From: a virus
Lineage: Duplodnaviria; Caudoviricetes
Length of the DNA stretch: 64,000 nucleotides
Strand: one strand, 5' to 3'
IMG/VR virus record: IMGVR_UViG_3300012855_000001
Location: 1,419 to 65,418 of that record
Positions 37,926-46,583 of the stretch are shown one piece after another. Position 1 is the stretch's first letter. The number at the start of each line of letters is the position of its first letter. Position numbers and translations under genes: made by a program. A model generated the notes under the pieces. It saw only the letters and a list, made by a program, of their open reading frames with translations. It did not search any database and was not told the origin of the DNA.

Positions 37926-38576
37926 ATGGAAAAGCTAAAAGCACGTTTCAGCCAGCAGTTTTACCACCAGCCAACATTTGACGCGCAGGTGGATTTGATC
38001 AGGAGTAAATGGGAGGAGACAGCCCAGCCATCCATCTGGATGTTTAACGGCAGTATGGTACCTCCGTGGGTGCTCACATTGCTCAAATTTTCTAGCTCTG
38101 ACCCAATACTGTTGGACAACCTGGAGACCTACCGCAAAACCTCCCTAAAGGCAGTTACCCGCGTGGTGTCTGCCGGGGAGAACCCCGTGGAGCACGTCCT
38201 GGGGGCATACGACCTGGACAGCCACGAGGCTGTCAGCCCATTCTTAAATCTGGTGTGCCCATCAATTGTGCTGACCAGCGTGGATGACAGTAACGGCACA
38301 CTCACTGCAACGCATGAGGACTGGAGCCTGCGGGCAACCAGCCTGGAGGGTGAGCATGACTTTTTAGAGGGGGATGAGGTAAGCCTCCAAATGGTCACAG
38401 ATGTTGCCGTGGATGTAAACACAGAGCTTGTGGAGATCACTGGCACAGGGTACTGGGGAGTGTTGGGGTACAACATCCGGGCTGAGTTTACGTATACCCT
38501 CCCCTATGGCTTTAGGGCCCCGCTCGATTTTGTGGGCCTAGAGGTCATCAAATATGTGGCCAAATACCTGGATTAA
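37926..38576 (+). CDS. Hypothetical protein
   Basis: 216-aa ORF. Confidence 0.7.
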   Translation: MEKLKARFSQQFYHQPTFDAQVDLIRSKWEETAQPSIWMFNGSMVPPWVLTLLKFSSSDPILLDNLETYRKTSLKAVTRVVSAGENPVEHVLGAYDLDSHEAVSPFLNLVCPSIVLTSVDDSNGTLTATHEDWSLRATSLEGEHDFLEGDEVSLQMVTDVAVDVNTELVEITGTGYWGVLGYNIRAEFTYTLPYGFRAPLDFVGLEVIKYVAKYLD

Positions 38577-38593
38577 TTCCAAACCGTTTGTTA

Positions 38594-38640
38594 TTCCAAA
38601 ATATTTGGCTTATATTGCGACCATTACCACAAACCACAAC
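38594..38640 (+). promoter_or_regulatory. Promoter with operator-like dyad upstream of the HTH operon
   Basis: TTCCA-N7-TGGCT, TATATTGC box, ACCACAAACCA leader. Confidence 0.55.
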
Positions 38641-38648
38641 TTTTGAAA

Positions 38649-39068
38649 ATGGAAAAGAAAGTAAGCGTTAATCAAATAGTCCAGGACATGCTGGATTACC
38701 ACAGCACCAGGAGAGATGAGGCAATGGCTGGAATGTGCTCCACCTCTAGTGAGACACCAAGGTTTAAGCGGCAGCAGTTTGAGCTGGCTATGTTTAACTA
38801 TGAAATTGCCCACATATCTCAGAGAATACTGGAGGAGGCAGAGACGGTAAAAATGACTGTGGAGGCCTATGTTAAAACCATATACCTCCCCAGTATTGCC
38901 AGGGTGCTCCTGGACAAAGGCGAGGCAGGACTCCTGAGAAAATACGAGCGGGATTTTGTCAGAATGCTGTTTGCTCGAATGGTGCAAAACGATCACTGCC
39001 GGCCCTCCCATTTTCCATATATTCCGTACAACTTTAAATCAAACAACAATGGAAACAAAGACAGTTAA
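38649..39068 (+). CDS. Hypothetical protein
   Basis: About 139-aa helical ORF. Confidence 0.7.
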   Translation: MEKKVSVNQIVQDMLDYHSTRRDEAMAGMCSTSSETPRFKRQQFELAMFNYEIAHISQRILEEAETVKMTVEAYVKTIYLPSIARVLLDKGEAGLLRKYERDFVRMLFARMVQNDHCRPSHFPYIPYNFKSNNNGNKDS

Positions 39069-39306
39069 CCAACAGCGATCATACACACAGGCAGCCCTCT
39101 GTAAAAAGGTGGCTGAGCTAGTCAGGGAAAAACTCCAGGAGGAGGGCACACCCATGACCCGCATAGGGGTTGACAATAACGCTCCTATAAAGACCAGCAC
39201 GTTGAGCAACCTGAGCAATGGCCAGGGCAGCCTTATTACTATCCGAAAGGTGTGCAAATGGCTGGGCAAGCCCATGCCAAAGGCGCAATATGTGGCAAAG
39301 TTTTAA
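39049..39306 (+). CDS. Cro/XRE-like HTH regulator
   Basis: 85 aa; IKTSTLSNLSNGQGSLITIRKVCKWLG resembles the XRE recognition helix and C-terminal helices. Confidence 0.65.
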   Translation: METKTVNQQRSYTQAALCKKVAELVREKLQEEGTPMTRIGVDNNAPIKTSTLSNLSNGQGSLITIRKVCKWLGKPMPKAQYVAKF

Positions 39307-39381
39307 ACTGGCAGGCTGCCACATCGTTTAAACCGCATTACTCCAGAGCGAGTGGTGCGGTTTTTTAATTATATTTGTGCT

Positions 39382-40077
39382 ATGAATTTACAAGACATCA
39401 ACAGCCCGCTGGCAGACATACTGGCCAGCTCTGTGGTTTTCCTGGACGCTGGGCACGGTGCAATACACCCAGAGACAGGAGAGAACCAGACACCCAGCAG
39501 AGAGTATAAATTTGACCCTGAGATATTTGAGGGCCACCGGGACGGGTATGTTTATGAGGGTGTGCTCAATAGAACCATTGCAGGGTACACCAAATATTTT
39601 CTCAACGAGTTTGGCATAAATGTAATTGAGGTGTATGACCCCTGGGAGGACACAGACCTCTCTGAGCGTGTGCGGCTAATAAACAGCTCTGTGCATCTTT
39701 ACAACACATGGCTGACAATCTCAGAGCACTGTAATGGCTCTCCTGGCCATAACGCTGACGGCTTTGAGGCATATACCAGCGTGGGGCAAACGTTGTCTGA
39801 CAGGTACGCTGAGCTTTTGTACAGGCAAATGAGCCAGTTTATGCCCTGGCTCCCTTTGCGTACAGACCACAGGGACGGTGACCAGGACAAAGAGGCCGGC
39901 TTTAAGATGGTACGGGAGACCATAGGGCCAGCCGTGTTGATCGAAAACAATTTTTATGACAGCCTCAAAGGTGCCACCCTATTGTTTACAGATAGCCACC
40001 TGAGAGTCTTGGGGTACCTGAAAGCACTGGCAGCGAGAGAGTTTTTTATTGAGCAGTATATTATTGGCAAAAAATAG
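39382..40077 (+). CDS. N-acetylmuramoyl-L-alanine amidase (Amidase_3) endolysin
   Basis: VFLDAGHG, YEGVLN, ISEHCN and PAVLIEN zinc/catalytic motifs. Confidence 0.9.
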   Translation: MNLQDINSPLADILASSVVFLDAGHGAIHPETGENQTPSREYKFDPEIFEGHRDGYVYEGVLNRTIAGYTKYFLNEFGINVIEVYDPWEDTDLSERVRLINSSVHLYNTWLTISEHCNGSPGHNADGFEAYTSVGQTLSDRYAELLYRQMSQFMPWLPLRTDHRDGDQDKEAGFKMVRETIGPAVLIENNFYDSLKGATLLFTDSHLRVLGYLKALAAREFFIEQYIIGKK

Positions 40078-40160
40078 TATATTGCGCCTATCAGTAACCG
40101 CTGTAAACCTAACTTGAAAAGCCTGGGGGTGCCTCCCTGGGTTTTTCTTTTGGATAAACA

Positions 40161-40235
40161 GCCCAAATATTTTGGAATACTCCAGATAATACATTACCTT
40201 TGAATTGTTCAATAATTTATAACAACCACAAACCA
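40161..40235 (+). promoter_or_regulatory. Cassette-type promoter with dyad
   Basis: GCCCA-N7-TGGAA, TACCTTTG box, ACCACAAACCA leader. Confidence 0.65.
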
Positions 40236-40240
40236 CGACT

Positions 40241-40627
40241 ATGAAACCACAGACCACAAATGTTGAGGAGATACTGGAAACGATGCAGGCGCACGTTGAC
40301 CAAATAGAGATTGAGCTTGCTATTGCAAAGCAGGCCATTGAGGAGAGGGCTTTATCCTATGGGCAAAACCTCACCTGCAAAATTGCAGGCAACAAGACGG
40401 TGCCCGCAACATACCAGGGCAAATTTTGCCCCGTAAAATTAATGGGCATTATCAGCGAGTGGGAGCCAGACAACTCAGAGCTGGTGGTGGCTTTTTATTT
40501 CACTCGGCCAATGGGTGGCGCACATATCTATAAGCTCACACCACTCCAGGCTGAGGAGTTTACACAGGCATGGGTTGAGGGCAACCTCCACCTGGAGCTG
40601 GACTATAGCACGTATTCGGTTAAGTAA
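40241..40627 (+). CDS. Hypothetical protein
   Basis: 128-aa ORF. Confidence 0.7.
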   Translation: MKPQTTNVEEILETMQAHVDQIEIELAIAKQAIEERALSYGQNLTCKIAGNKTVPATYQGKFCPVKLMGIISEWEPDNSELVVAFYFTRPMGGAHIYKLTPLQAEEFTQAWVEGNLHLELDYSTYSVK

Positions 40628-40676
40628 ACAACGGGGCCCTGGTGCCCCATCTTTCAATAATCAAACAGGTTACAAA

Positions 40677-41129
40677 ATGGATTTATCAAACTTGAAATTA
40701 AGCGAGTCAGACGAACTGTACACTCGCACTGGTTACATTATTGGCAGTGCGGCCCTCCGGCTGGAAATTGCAAAATACAACCACCACAGGCTGGCCATTG
40801 GCTTTACCGAAAAGGCCAACACGTTTATGGAGAGCCAGACTGAGCGGGAAATTTTCAAGGCTGACGGCACCTCAGAGATTTGCAAATTCTTGCAGTTTGT
40901 GCACCGTTCTAAGGAGGGCGAGAAGGATTTTACCCACCAATACGTTGGCGTTCTGGAGGACTCTGAGGGAGACCTTTTCCCGCTGGAGCTGGGTTCAATT
41001 GAGGCCCTGGAGTAGTTCCTGGAGCTGTGGGAGAACGGTGGGCCAGAGCTGACCTTTGAGGCTATTGGGGAGCTAGTACACGGCAAAAAAAACCCATTTA
41101 GCCAACTTTTTGACACTCTTTTTGAATAA
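40677..41129 (+). pseudogene. Hypothetical protein interrupted by an in-frame TAG at 41013-41015
   Basis: 37 sense codons with typical codon usage continue in frame to TAA at 41127-41129. Confidence 0.45.
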
Positions 41130-41144
41130 ACAAAACCACAGACC

Positions 41145-41264
41145 ATGAGTAAGTCAAATGAGCGGAAACCAAAACGGCCACGGCTGAAAAAGCAAGTCAC
41201 AAAAGTGACATGCAACAAGACGCAAAAGGTGGTCAAGGTCAAAGAGCGCATTATCAACGCTTAA
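41145..41264 (+). CDS. 39-aa basic peptide
   Basis: MSKSNERKPKRPRLKK...; leader AAACCACAGACC; terminator downstream. Not in the track because of its size. Confidence 0.5.
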   Translation: MSKSNERKPKRPRLKKQVTKVTCNKTQKVVKVKERIINA

Positions 41265-41349
41265 AGTCTACTCTCTCTTAAAGCTCCATACCCTCTGGCA
41301 CTAGCTGGAGGGTATTTTTTTTTGTATATTGCGTCCAAACAACAGACCA

Positions 41350-42009
41350 ATGGAAGTAAAAAACAGTAAGCTGAAAAAGCTGGTGGAGGCGGTAAAAGAC
41401 GTGCTCCCCGACATGGTTAAAAATGGCTGTGGCAATGACGCTGTGGCTTTTTTGTATTCTGTCACAAAAAACGTCTACGGGGAACAGCAGGCCGTGGCGG
41501 CCGAGCTGGGCGAGTTCAATAACCAGACAGCAAAGGCACAGGCCAGGCCCTCTGTAGTTATTGCCAGCAATGAGCTGAGCAAGGTGGGCAGCACTGGCTC
41601 CCAGGGCTGTGGTGGCTGTGGGGATGAGCAGGATGTGCTGGTGGCTGCCATCGGTGACAACATGGCCCTGGCTGTAGGCGGTGAGGATGAGGACAGCCCA
41701 GAGGACGGGCAGGGGTTCCAGGAGGCTGCTGACCAGATAGGGGCCCAGGAGGCTCCTGAGGCTAAGAAAGCACCAGAGCTGCCGTCTGTGTTTGGGAAAG
41801 GGGAGAAAAGCCTGCCAGACACTCCTGAGCAGTGCGAGAGCCTGGAACAGCTCAGACAGTTGTATGGGTTTGACAGGGGCCGCAACAAAACGGACATAAT
41901 CCAGGCATTAAAGGCTGACTTTGACAGGCTCCAGATCGACACAAACGGCAAACGCTCAGCAGATGACCTGGCTGAGGAGTTATACAACCAACTAAACCCT
42001 GGGCAATGA
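41350..42009 (+). CDS. Hypothetical protein at the start of the morphogenesis region
   Basis: Follows a TATATTGC box; acidic middle section. Confidence 0.7.
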   Translation: MEVKNSKLKKLVEAVKDVLPDMVKNGCGNDAVAFLYSVTKNVYGEQQAVAAELGEFNNQTAKAQARPSVVIASNELSKVGSTGSQGCGGCGDEQDVLVAAIGDNMALAVGGEDEDSPEDGQGFQEAADQIGAQEAPEAKKAPELPSVFGKGEKSLPDTPEQCESLEQLRQLYGFDRGRNKTDIIQALKADFDRLQIDTNGKRSADDLAEELYNQLNPGQ

Positions 42010-42896
42010 TCACACTAACGCTGGCAGACGGCAACAAACTGGCCGTACACACTGGGTACAAAGAGCTGAGCCATGCTCAGTATATTGATTTTCAGCATGG
42101 CAAACTGAGGTATATTAGAAACCTGCTAGAGGATGAGGTGGATAATTTCCGGCCTGAGATTATGGCAGAGGCCCTGAGTGCTGTGGTAGACGGCAACCTG
42201 GGCACCTTGCCATTTATGCTGGAGGAGGACAACCTCAAAGACAAAGACCTGCCACCATTGACCGAGGGCATAAGCCTGTACAGGCTTTACCTTTACTATG
42301 AGCGTTTAATGCAGGAGTATGACCCGTCCAGCTTTGATTTTACAAAACAGGATTATGAGTACACCTATAAAGGGCAGCGGTACACCCTCACAGCGGACAG
42401 GGCATACAGGGTGGTCTCCAGGAACAGAGTGAGATGGGACACAGACCCTGAGGAGCTGGACTCTGAGGGCAACCCCAAACCGCTCCAATTTACCACACTG
42501 GAGGTCATTGAGGTTAACACTCTTTTCCACCTCCTGGCAAAGAGCCAGAAACAGGCAAAGCAGGACAAGGCCTCCCAGACATTCAGCACAGATTTAATGA
42601 TGCTGGCCATACTCCTCAGAAAGCCTGGGGAGGAGATACCCATAATAAAGAAAGAGCGGGACGCATGGCTGAGCCAAAGGGCTGAGCACTTTGTGGATAT
42701 TCCTAACTGGGTGGTAAAGGACATCACTTTTTTTTTGACCAATACCTCCAGAGTCTTAGAGATAGCCCTGAGTACGGAGCTTTCTTTTATGGCCCGAAAG
42801 AATTTAGTTTCCAGCGGAGACCTGGACGCAATTCTGAGGGAGGCAATGCTGAGGACTACGAACAAGCTTTTAAAGAAGCCTATAGAGAGTACATAG
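42006..42896 (+). CDS. Tail assembly chaperone-like protein, with a probable -1 frameshift extension to 43045
   Basis: LAILLRKPGE...RAEHF...VKDITFFL pattern; T9 run at 42728-42736; -1 frame open to TAA 43043-45. Confidence 0.6.
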   Translation: MITLTLADGNKLAVHTGYKELSHAQYIDFQHGKLRYIRNLLEDEVDNFRPEIMAEALSAVVDGNLGTLPFMLEEDNLKDKDLPPLTEGISLYRLYLYYERLMQEYDPSSFDFTKQDYEYTYKGQRYTLTADRAYRVVSRNRVRWDTDPEELDSEGNPKPLQFTTLEVIEVNTLFHLLAKSQKQAKQDKASQTFSTDLMMLAILLRKPGEEIPIIKKERDAWLSQRAEHFVDIPNWVVKDITFFLTNTSRVLEIALSTELSFMARKNLVSSGDLDAILREAMLRTTNKLLKKPIEST

Positions 42897-43052
42897 ATGA
42901 GACGCTCGGCCCCAGGTGGGTATACCGGGCACTCCTGGACAGTGACCTGTTGGGGGCTTTGGTAGGATACGAGCGGCTGGAGTATATGTACAATCTCCCG
43001 TTTGAGTTAACGGTGGAGTATTTAGTTTACAAATTACTTAAATAACAACTTT

Positions 43053-44723
43053 ATGCAAAGGATTGGCAGTAAGCTGAGAGCAGGGCGGTACCACCGTCTG
43101 GCTGAGCAGTCAAAAAATGAGGGCTGGGACATAGTGCTAGACCCTATCAAAAACGTGCGACTCCTCAACCGAGTGGAAGCGCAAAACCGGGACAACTGGG
43201 GGTATGACTATATGCTCCAGGGGCTGGCTAAGCTGGGCGTAAAACGGCAGGTAAATGTCTGTGTGGGTGACACGGGGGCACTATCCAACAACGTGGGCCT
43301 GGCTAGGCTCAACCAGGAGCTGGCATACAACCACACAAATGAGGAGGGCCTCGTTGATCAGCACGACCATTTTAGTATGTGCGCGGGTATTATCCTGGGG
43401 CTGGTACCAGGTGTAAAGGTGGGACTGTTAAACCATGAGGTTTTTCCTGAGGACACCTTTATGGGCTTTGGGCGCAAACTCCTCACCTCCCGTGGCTCTG
43501 GCTCTTATGCCTGGATGGCTGAGTTTGCTTATAAGCTCATTGATGACAAGCAAAACCACCCGCTCCTCCGGGACAAACCCCTGGTGGTAAACCTGAGCCT
43601 GGGCGGCGGGGCTGACCATCAGCCAACAAAAGAGGCGTTTGACGCAATGAAAGCGGCGGGGATTTTTGTCGTTTGCGCGGCGGGCAATGATGGCCGCTCC
43701 ATCTCATTCCCTGGGCGTTTGACATCCGTACTGGCTGCCGGGGCGATTGACAGCCGGGAGCAGCGGGCAGGTTTTTCTGGCCGTGGCCCTGAGCTGGATA
43801 TGACTGGCCCAGGCGTGGACGTTATGACGCTGGGAGCCAGCCGCAACGAGTTTGTGGAGGGAGACGGTACCAGTTTTGGTGCTCCACACGTCACAGCTAT
43901 GGTTTGCGCTATGTTGGCAGCATACCCAGACATCCAGACCCCTGACCAGCTCCACGACCTGGTACGCTCTGGAACAATCACAAAAGACCTGGGCGGGGCT
44001 GGGTTCGATGAGCTTTATGGGTGGGGTGTGCCTTTGGCCTCAACTGCCCTGGATGAGGCACCAGGAGAGCCTGGAGATGACCCAGACGAGCCAGGGGATG
44101 ACCCAGACGAGCCTGGAGACGAGCCAGGTAACCCAGAGGAGCCAGAGGAGATTTTTAAAGAGCGGCAGCACCGTTTTGTTGTGGAAAAAGAGCTGACCTT
44201 TATCTGGCACCGGGTGAAAAGCTCAGGCATTGCGGCAAGCTTTACGGCACCCATTGAGTTTGAGCTGGACAATGAGGAGCACATGGAGCTGGCTGGCTTG
44301 TTGCTGGAGAGTAAGAACTGGCAAAAGGGACGTATACCAGCGTGTGAGATCGAGGCACTATCTGAGCGGCACGGCGAGGAGGTAGCGGCTGAGGCCCAGG
44401 CTTTTCTCCAGGACTATTTTGGCCGTGTTGGATTTGGTATGCCCACCCCTATGGATGTCAAATTTTTACTGGAGGTTGTGGCGTTCTTTGTGCGCATGAA
44501 AATGCGGAAAGACCAGCCGCTCCTGGCTAAAGAAATTGATTGGGATGAGTTCACTGTCTGGGGGCACACAGACCCACAGGCCCCGCTGCATGAGGCAGGG
44601 GTGTGGGACAGAGAGCTGCCAGGTGCCACAACGAGCACACACGGCTCACCCATGCCTCCTACTGGGTTTAACGCACTGGAGGAGGCCGCTGAGCGTTTGA
44701 AAAAGCAACTCAGGGGCTTATGA
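43053..44723 (+). CDS. Subtilisin-family (S8) serine protease with an acidic linker and C-terminal domain
   Basis: GDTG (Asp), DHFSMCAG (His), AAGN (oxyanion Asn) and GTSFGAPHV (Ser). Confidence 0.88.
   Translation: MQRIGSKLRAGRYHRLAEQSKNEGWDIVLDPIKNVRLLNRVEAQNRDNWGYDYMLQGLAKLGVKRQVNVCVGDTGALSNNVGLARLNQELAYNHTNEEGLVDQHDHFSMCAGIILGLVPGVKVGLLNHEVFPEDTFMGFGRKLLTSRGSGSYAWMAEFAYKLIDDKQNHPLLRDKPLVVNLSLGGGADHQPTKEAFDAMKAAGIFVVCAAGNDGRSISFPGRLTSVLAAGAIDSREQRAGFSGRGPELDMTGPGVDVMTLGASRNEFVEGDGTSFGAPHVTAMVCAMLAAYPDIQTPDQLHDLVRSGTITKDLGGAGFDELYGWGVPLASTALDEAPGEPGDDPDEPGDDPDEPGDEPGNPEEPEEIFKERQHRFVVEKELTFIWHRVKSSGIAASFTAPIEFELDNEEHMELAGLLLESKNWQKGRIPACEIEALSERHGEEVAAEAQAFLQDYFGRVGFGMPTPMDVKFLLEVVAFFVRMKMRKDQPLLAKEIDWDEFTVWGHTDPQAPLHEAGVWDRELPGATTSTHGSPMPPTGFNALEEAAERLKKQLRGL
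44059..44150 (+). repeat. Tandem (E/D)PG(D/E)DP coding repeats
   Basis: EAPGEPGDDPDEPGDDPDEPGDEPGNPEEPEE. Confidence 0.8.
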
Positions 44724-45367
44724 TAGACCTGGAGGCTACACCATTCAGGGAGTACACAGTACGGAGGGGCAGGCACTGGAGCTGGCCTCTCCGTTTGCGG
44801 TTTGGGCTTATGGGGTATAAGCCAGAGGAGGAGATTACTGTGATACACCCACAGGACTCTATTTACATTCACATGGATGAGGATGGAGGTATACACCCAG
44901 ACCAATGGGACTGGAATAAAGTGCTAGGCCGAAAATTCAGGGTACGGCCCCATGTGTCCACGTACATGGTGGCCAGCAGGTACAACCCTGCCACGCGGCT
45001 GTTTGAGTATACCACGTATATACACAAAGACGAGCGGGTAATACTAGGGGATGGCTCCACTATTGGTGCCAATATCCTGGAGGATATGTCCAGCCCTTTT
45101 ACCGTCACAGCCTCTGAGGCTAAAAAGCGGTGGTGGGACTTTGTGGCAGCATCAAAACCGCTGGCAACACGGGAGCCTGGGCAGGCTTTGCTCATCCGAG
45201 AGCTGGCAATGCACGGCAAAAGTGAGTATGGGTTTGCATTCCCAGAGGACAACAGTTTTGGCTCAGAAAAGATGGACACCCGTTTTTTTTGGCTTAAAAC
45301 CCACCCCTGGTTTGGAGGCAACAAAGTGGCACCTGTTGATTGGAGGGTATTGATCAAAAACTGGTAA
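44720..45367 (+). CDS. Hypothetical beta-rich protein
   Basis: DQWDWNKVLG...PWFGGNKVAP; aromatic-rich. Confidence 0.7.
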   Translation: MIDLEATPFREYTVRRGRHWSWPLRLRFGLMGYKPEEEITVIHPQDSIYIHMDEDGGIHPDQWDWNKVLGRKFRVRPHVSTYMVASRYNPATRLFEYTTYIHKDERVILGDGSTIGANILEDMSSPFTVTASEAKKRWWDFVAASKPLATREPGQALLIRELAMHGKSEYGFAFPEDNSFGSEKMDTRFFWLKTHPWFGGNKVAPVDWRVLIKNW

Positions 45368-45369
45368 AG

Positions 45370-46056
45370 ATGTTAAACGAACAGGCATTTAAACGTTTCC
45401 TCAGAGAGTGTGTAATGTTCTACCCATACCAGGAGAACAGGCTCAACACGTTTGCGGAGATACAAAGTTTTGAGGCGTTTACAGACAGTACCCTCCAGTG
45501 CAGGTTTGAGGATTACCAGGCAGGAGATTTTTGGGCCAGGGACTGGGTGGGCAGTGGAGCCAGCCGGGAGGACATGGCTGCCCAGTTCGATGCCCTGACG
45601 TACTACAAAGAGTCCACAATTGTGGAGAACCATGTTAGTAATGTTGTGCTAAACCTGTTCTCACCGCTCCAGACGGATGAGAGCACAGAGTGGCAAAGGA
45701 CTGCAAACAGCGCATACCAGGCACTGTTTACTCATGGCCTTTACGTACTCAGCCAGCTCAGAGAGGCATACACCAACGTGGTACAGCCGGGAGGGCTGGA
45801 GATCATAGGCACTCAGGCGTACATGGATTGGCTGGTGGCACAGGGGGAAATTGACTCATACAGCCCGCTCTCCCCTATTGATGCTCAGGTGCTAAACATC
45901 CGGGAGGCTAAGGTGCAAAAAATGAGCTTTGAGGACATGGGGTACCCAGAACTATGCGGGGCTTTTATTGAGCTGAGCGTTAGGTTTTGCCCACCTGAGC
46001 TGGGTGAGAACTCGTTTTTTGTTGTGGGCAATGATCAAAAAGGAGTAACTAGGTAA
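45370..46056 (+). CDS. Putative tail completion/terminator protein
   Basis: Assigned from position in the tail module only. Confidence 0.4.
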   Translation: MLNEQAFKRFLRECVMFYPYQENRLNTFAEIQSFEAFTDSTLQCRFEDYQAGDFWARDWVGSGASREDMAAQFDALTYYKESTIVENHVSNVVLNLFSPLQTDESTEWQRTANSAYQALFTHGLYVLSQLREAYTNVVQPGGLEIIGTQAYMDWLVAQGEIDSYSPLSPIDAQVLNIREAKVQKMSFEDMGYPELCGAFIELSVRFCPPELGENSFFVVGNDQKGVTR

Positions 46057-46559
46057 TGGCTGAAAGGAGAGAGCTGGAGGCACTGGGGCGTTTGTTGCTC
46101 AAAACGCTAATTGAGGGTGCAAAAAAGGAGATCACTGAGCAGGGGCATGTTGCCAGCGGAAAAGGGGTAAGCTCTCTCAAACCTCAGCTAAAGGTGACAT
46201 CCAAAGGCATAGTGGGCCAGGTGCTGGTGGAAAAATACATGCTCGACCTCGACCAAAGGCAAAAGCCAAAATTTGTGCCTTTAAAGGAGCTGCTCAGGTG
46301 GTCAACGTTTGTAAAACGTGGGGTGTCTGCAAAAGAGCGTTTAACGTTCTCCAGGCGCACCCAGGCACAAATTGGATTAAAAGGCATACCGCTGCCAGGC
46401 GCATACAGGTTTACCAAAAATGGGCGGCGTTTGAACTGGGTTAAATTTGGTGCTCAGCGAGTACAGAAAGAGCTAGACCGTATTGTGGCAAATACGGAGG
46501 CCGTGGATAATATCCTCAGGGATGTTATTGGCACACCAACCAGGGGGCAACGTCCATAA
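46056..46559 (+). CDS. Neck/tail-completion protein (HK97 gp10-like)
   Basis: Basic protein, EQGHVASG...SLK...LLRW pattern; sits just before the TMP. Confidence 0.55.
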   Translation: MAERRELEALGRLLLKTLIEGAKKEITEQGHVASGKGVSSLKPQLKVTSKGIVGQVLVEKYMLDLDQRQKPKFVPLKELLRWSTFVKRGVSAKERLTFSRRTQAQIGLKGIPLPGAYRFTKNGRRLNWVKFGAQRVQKELDRIVANTEAVDNILRDVIGTPTRGQRP

Positions 46560-46583
46560 GGTTTACGGCACAACTCGTTTATT

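Noticed and set aside
39049-39306. Evidence for a temperate lifestyle from the HTH gene
   Set aside because: No integrase, partition genes or divergent CI/Cro switch in the window; lifestyle is left undetermined.
40078-40150. Possible small RNA after the amidase (TATATTGC box then terminator)
   Set aside because: No correctly spaced -33 box and no complementarity seen; explained as the amidase terminator region.
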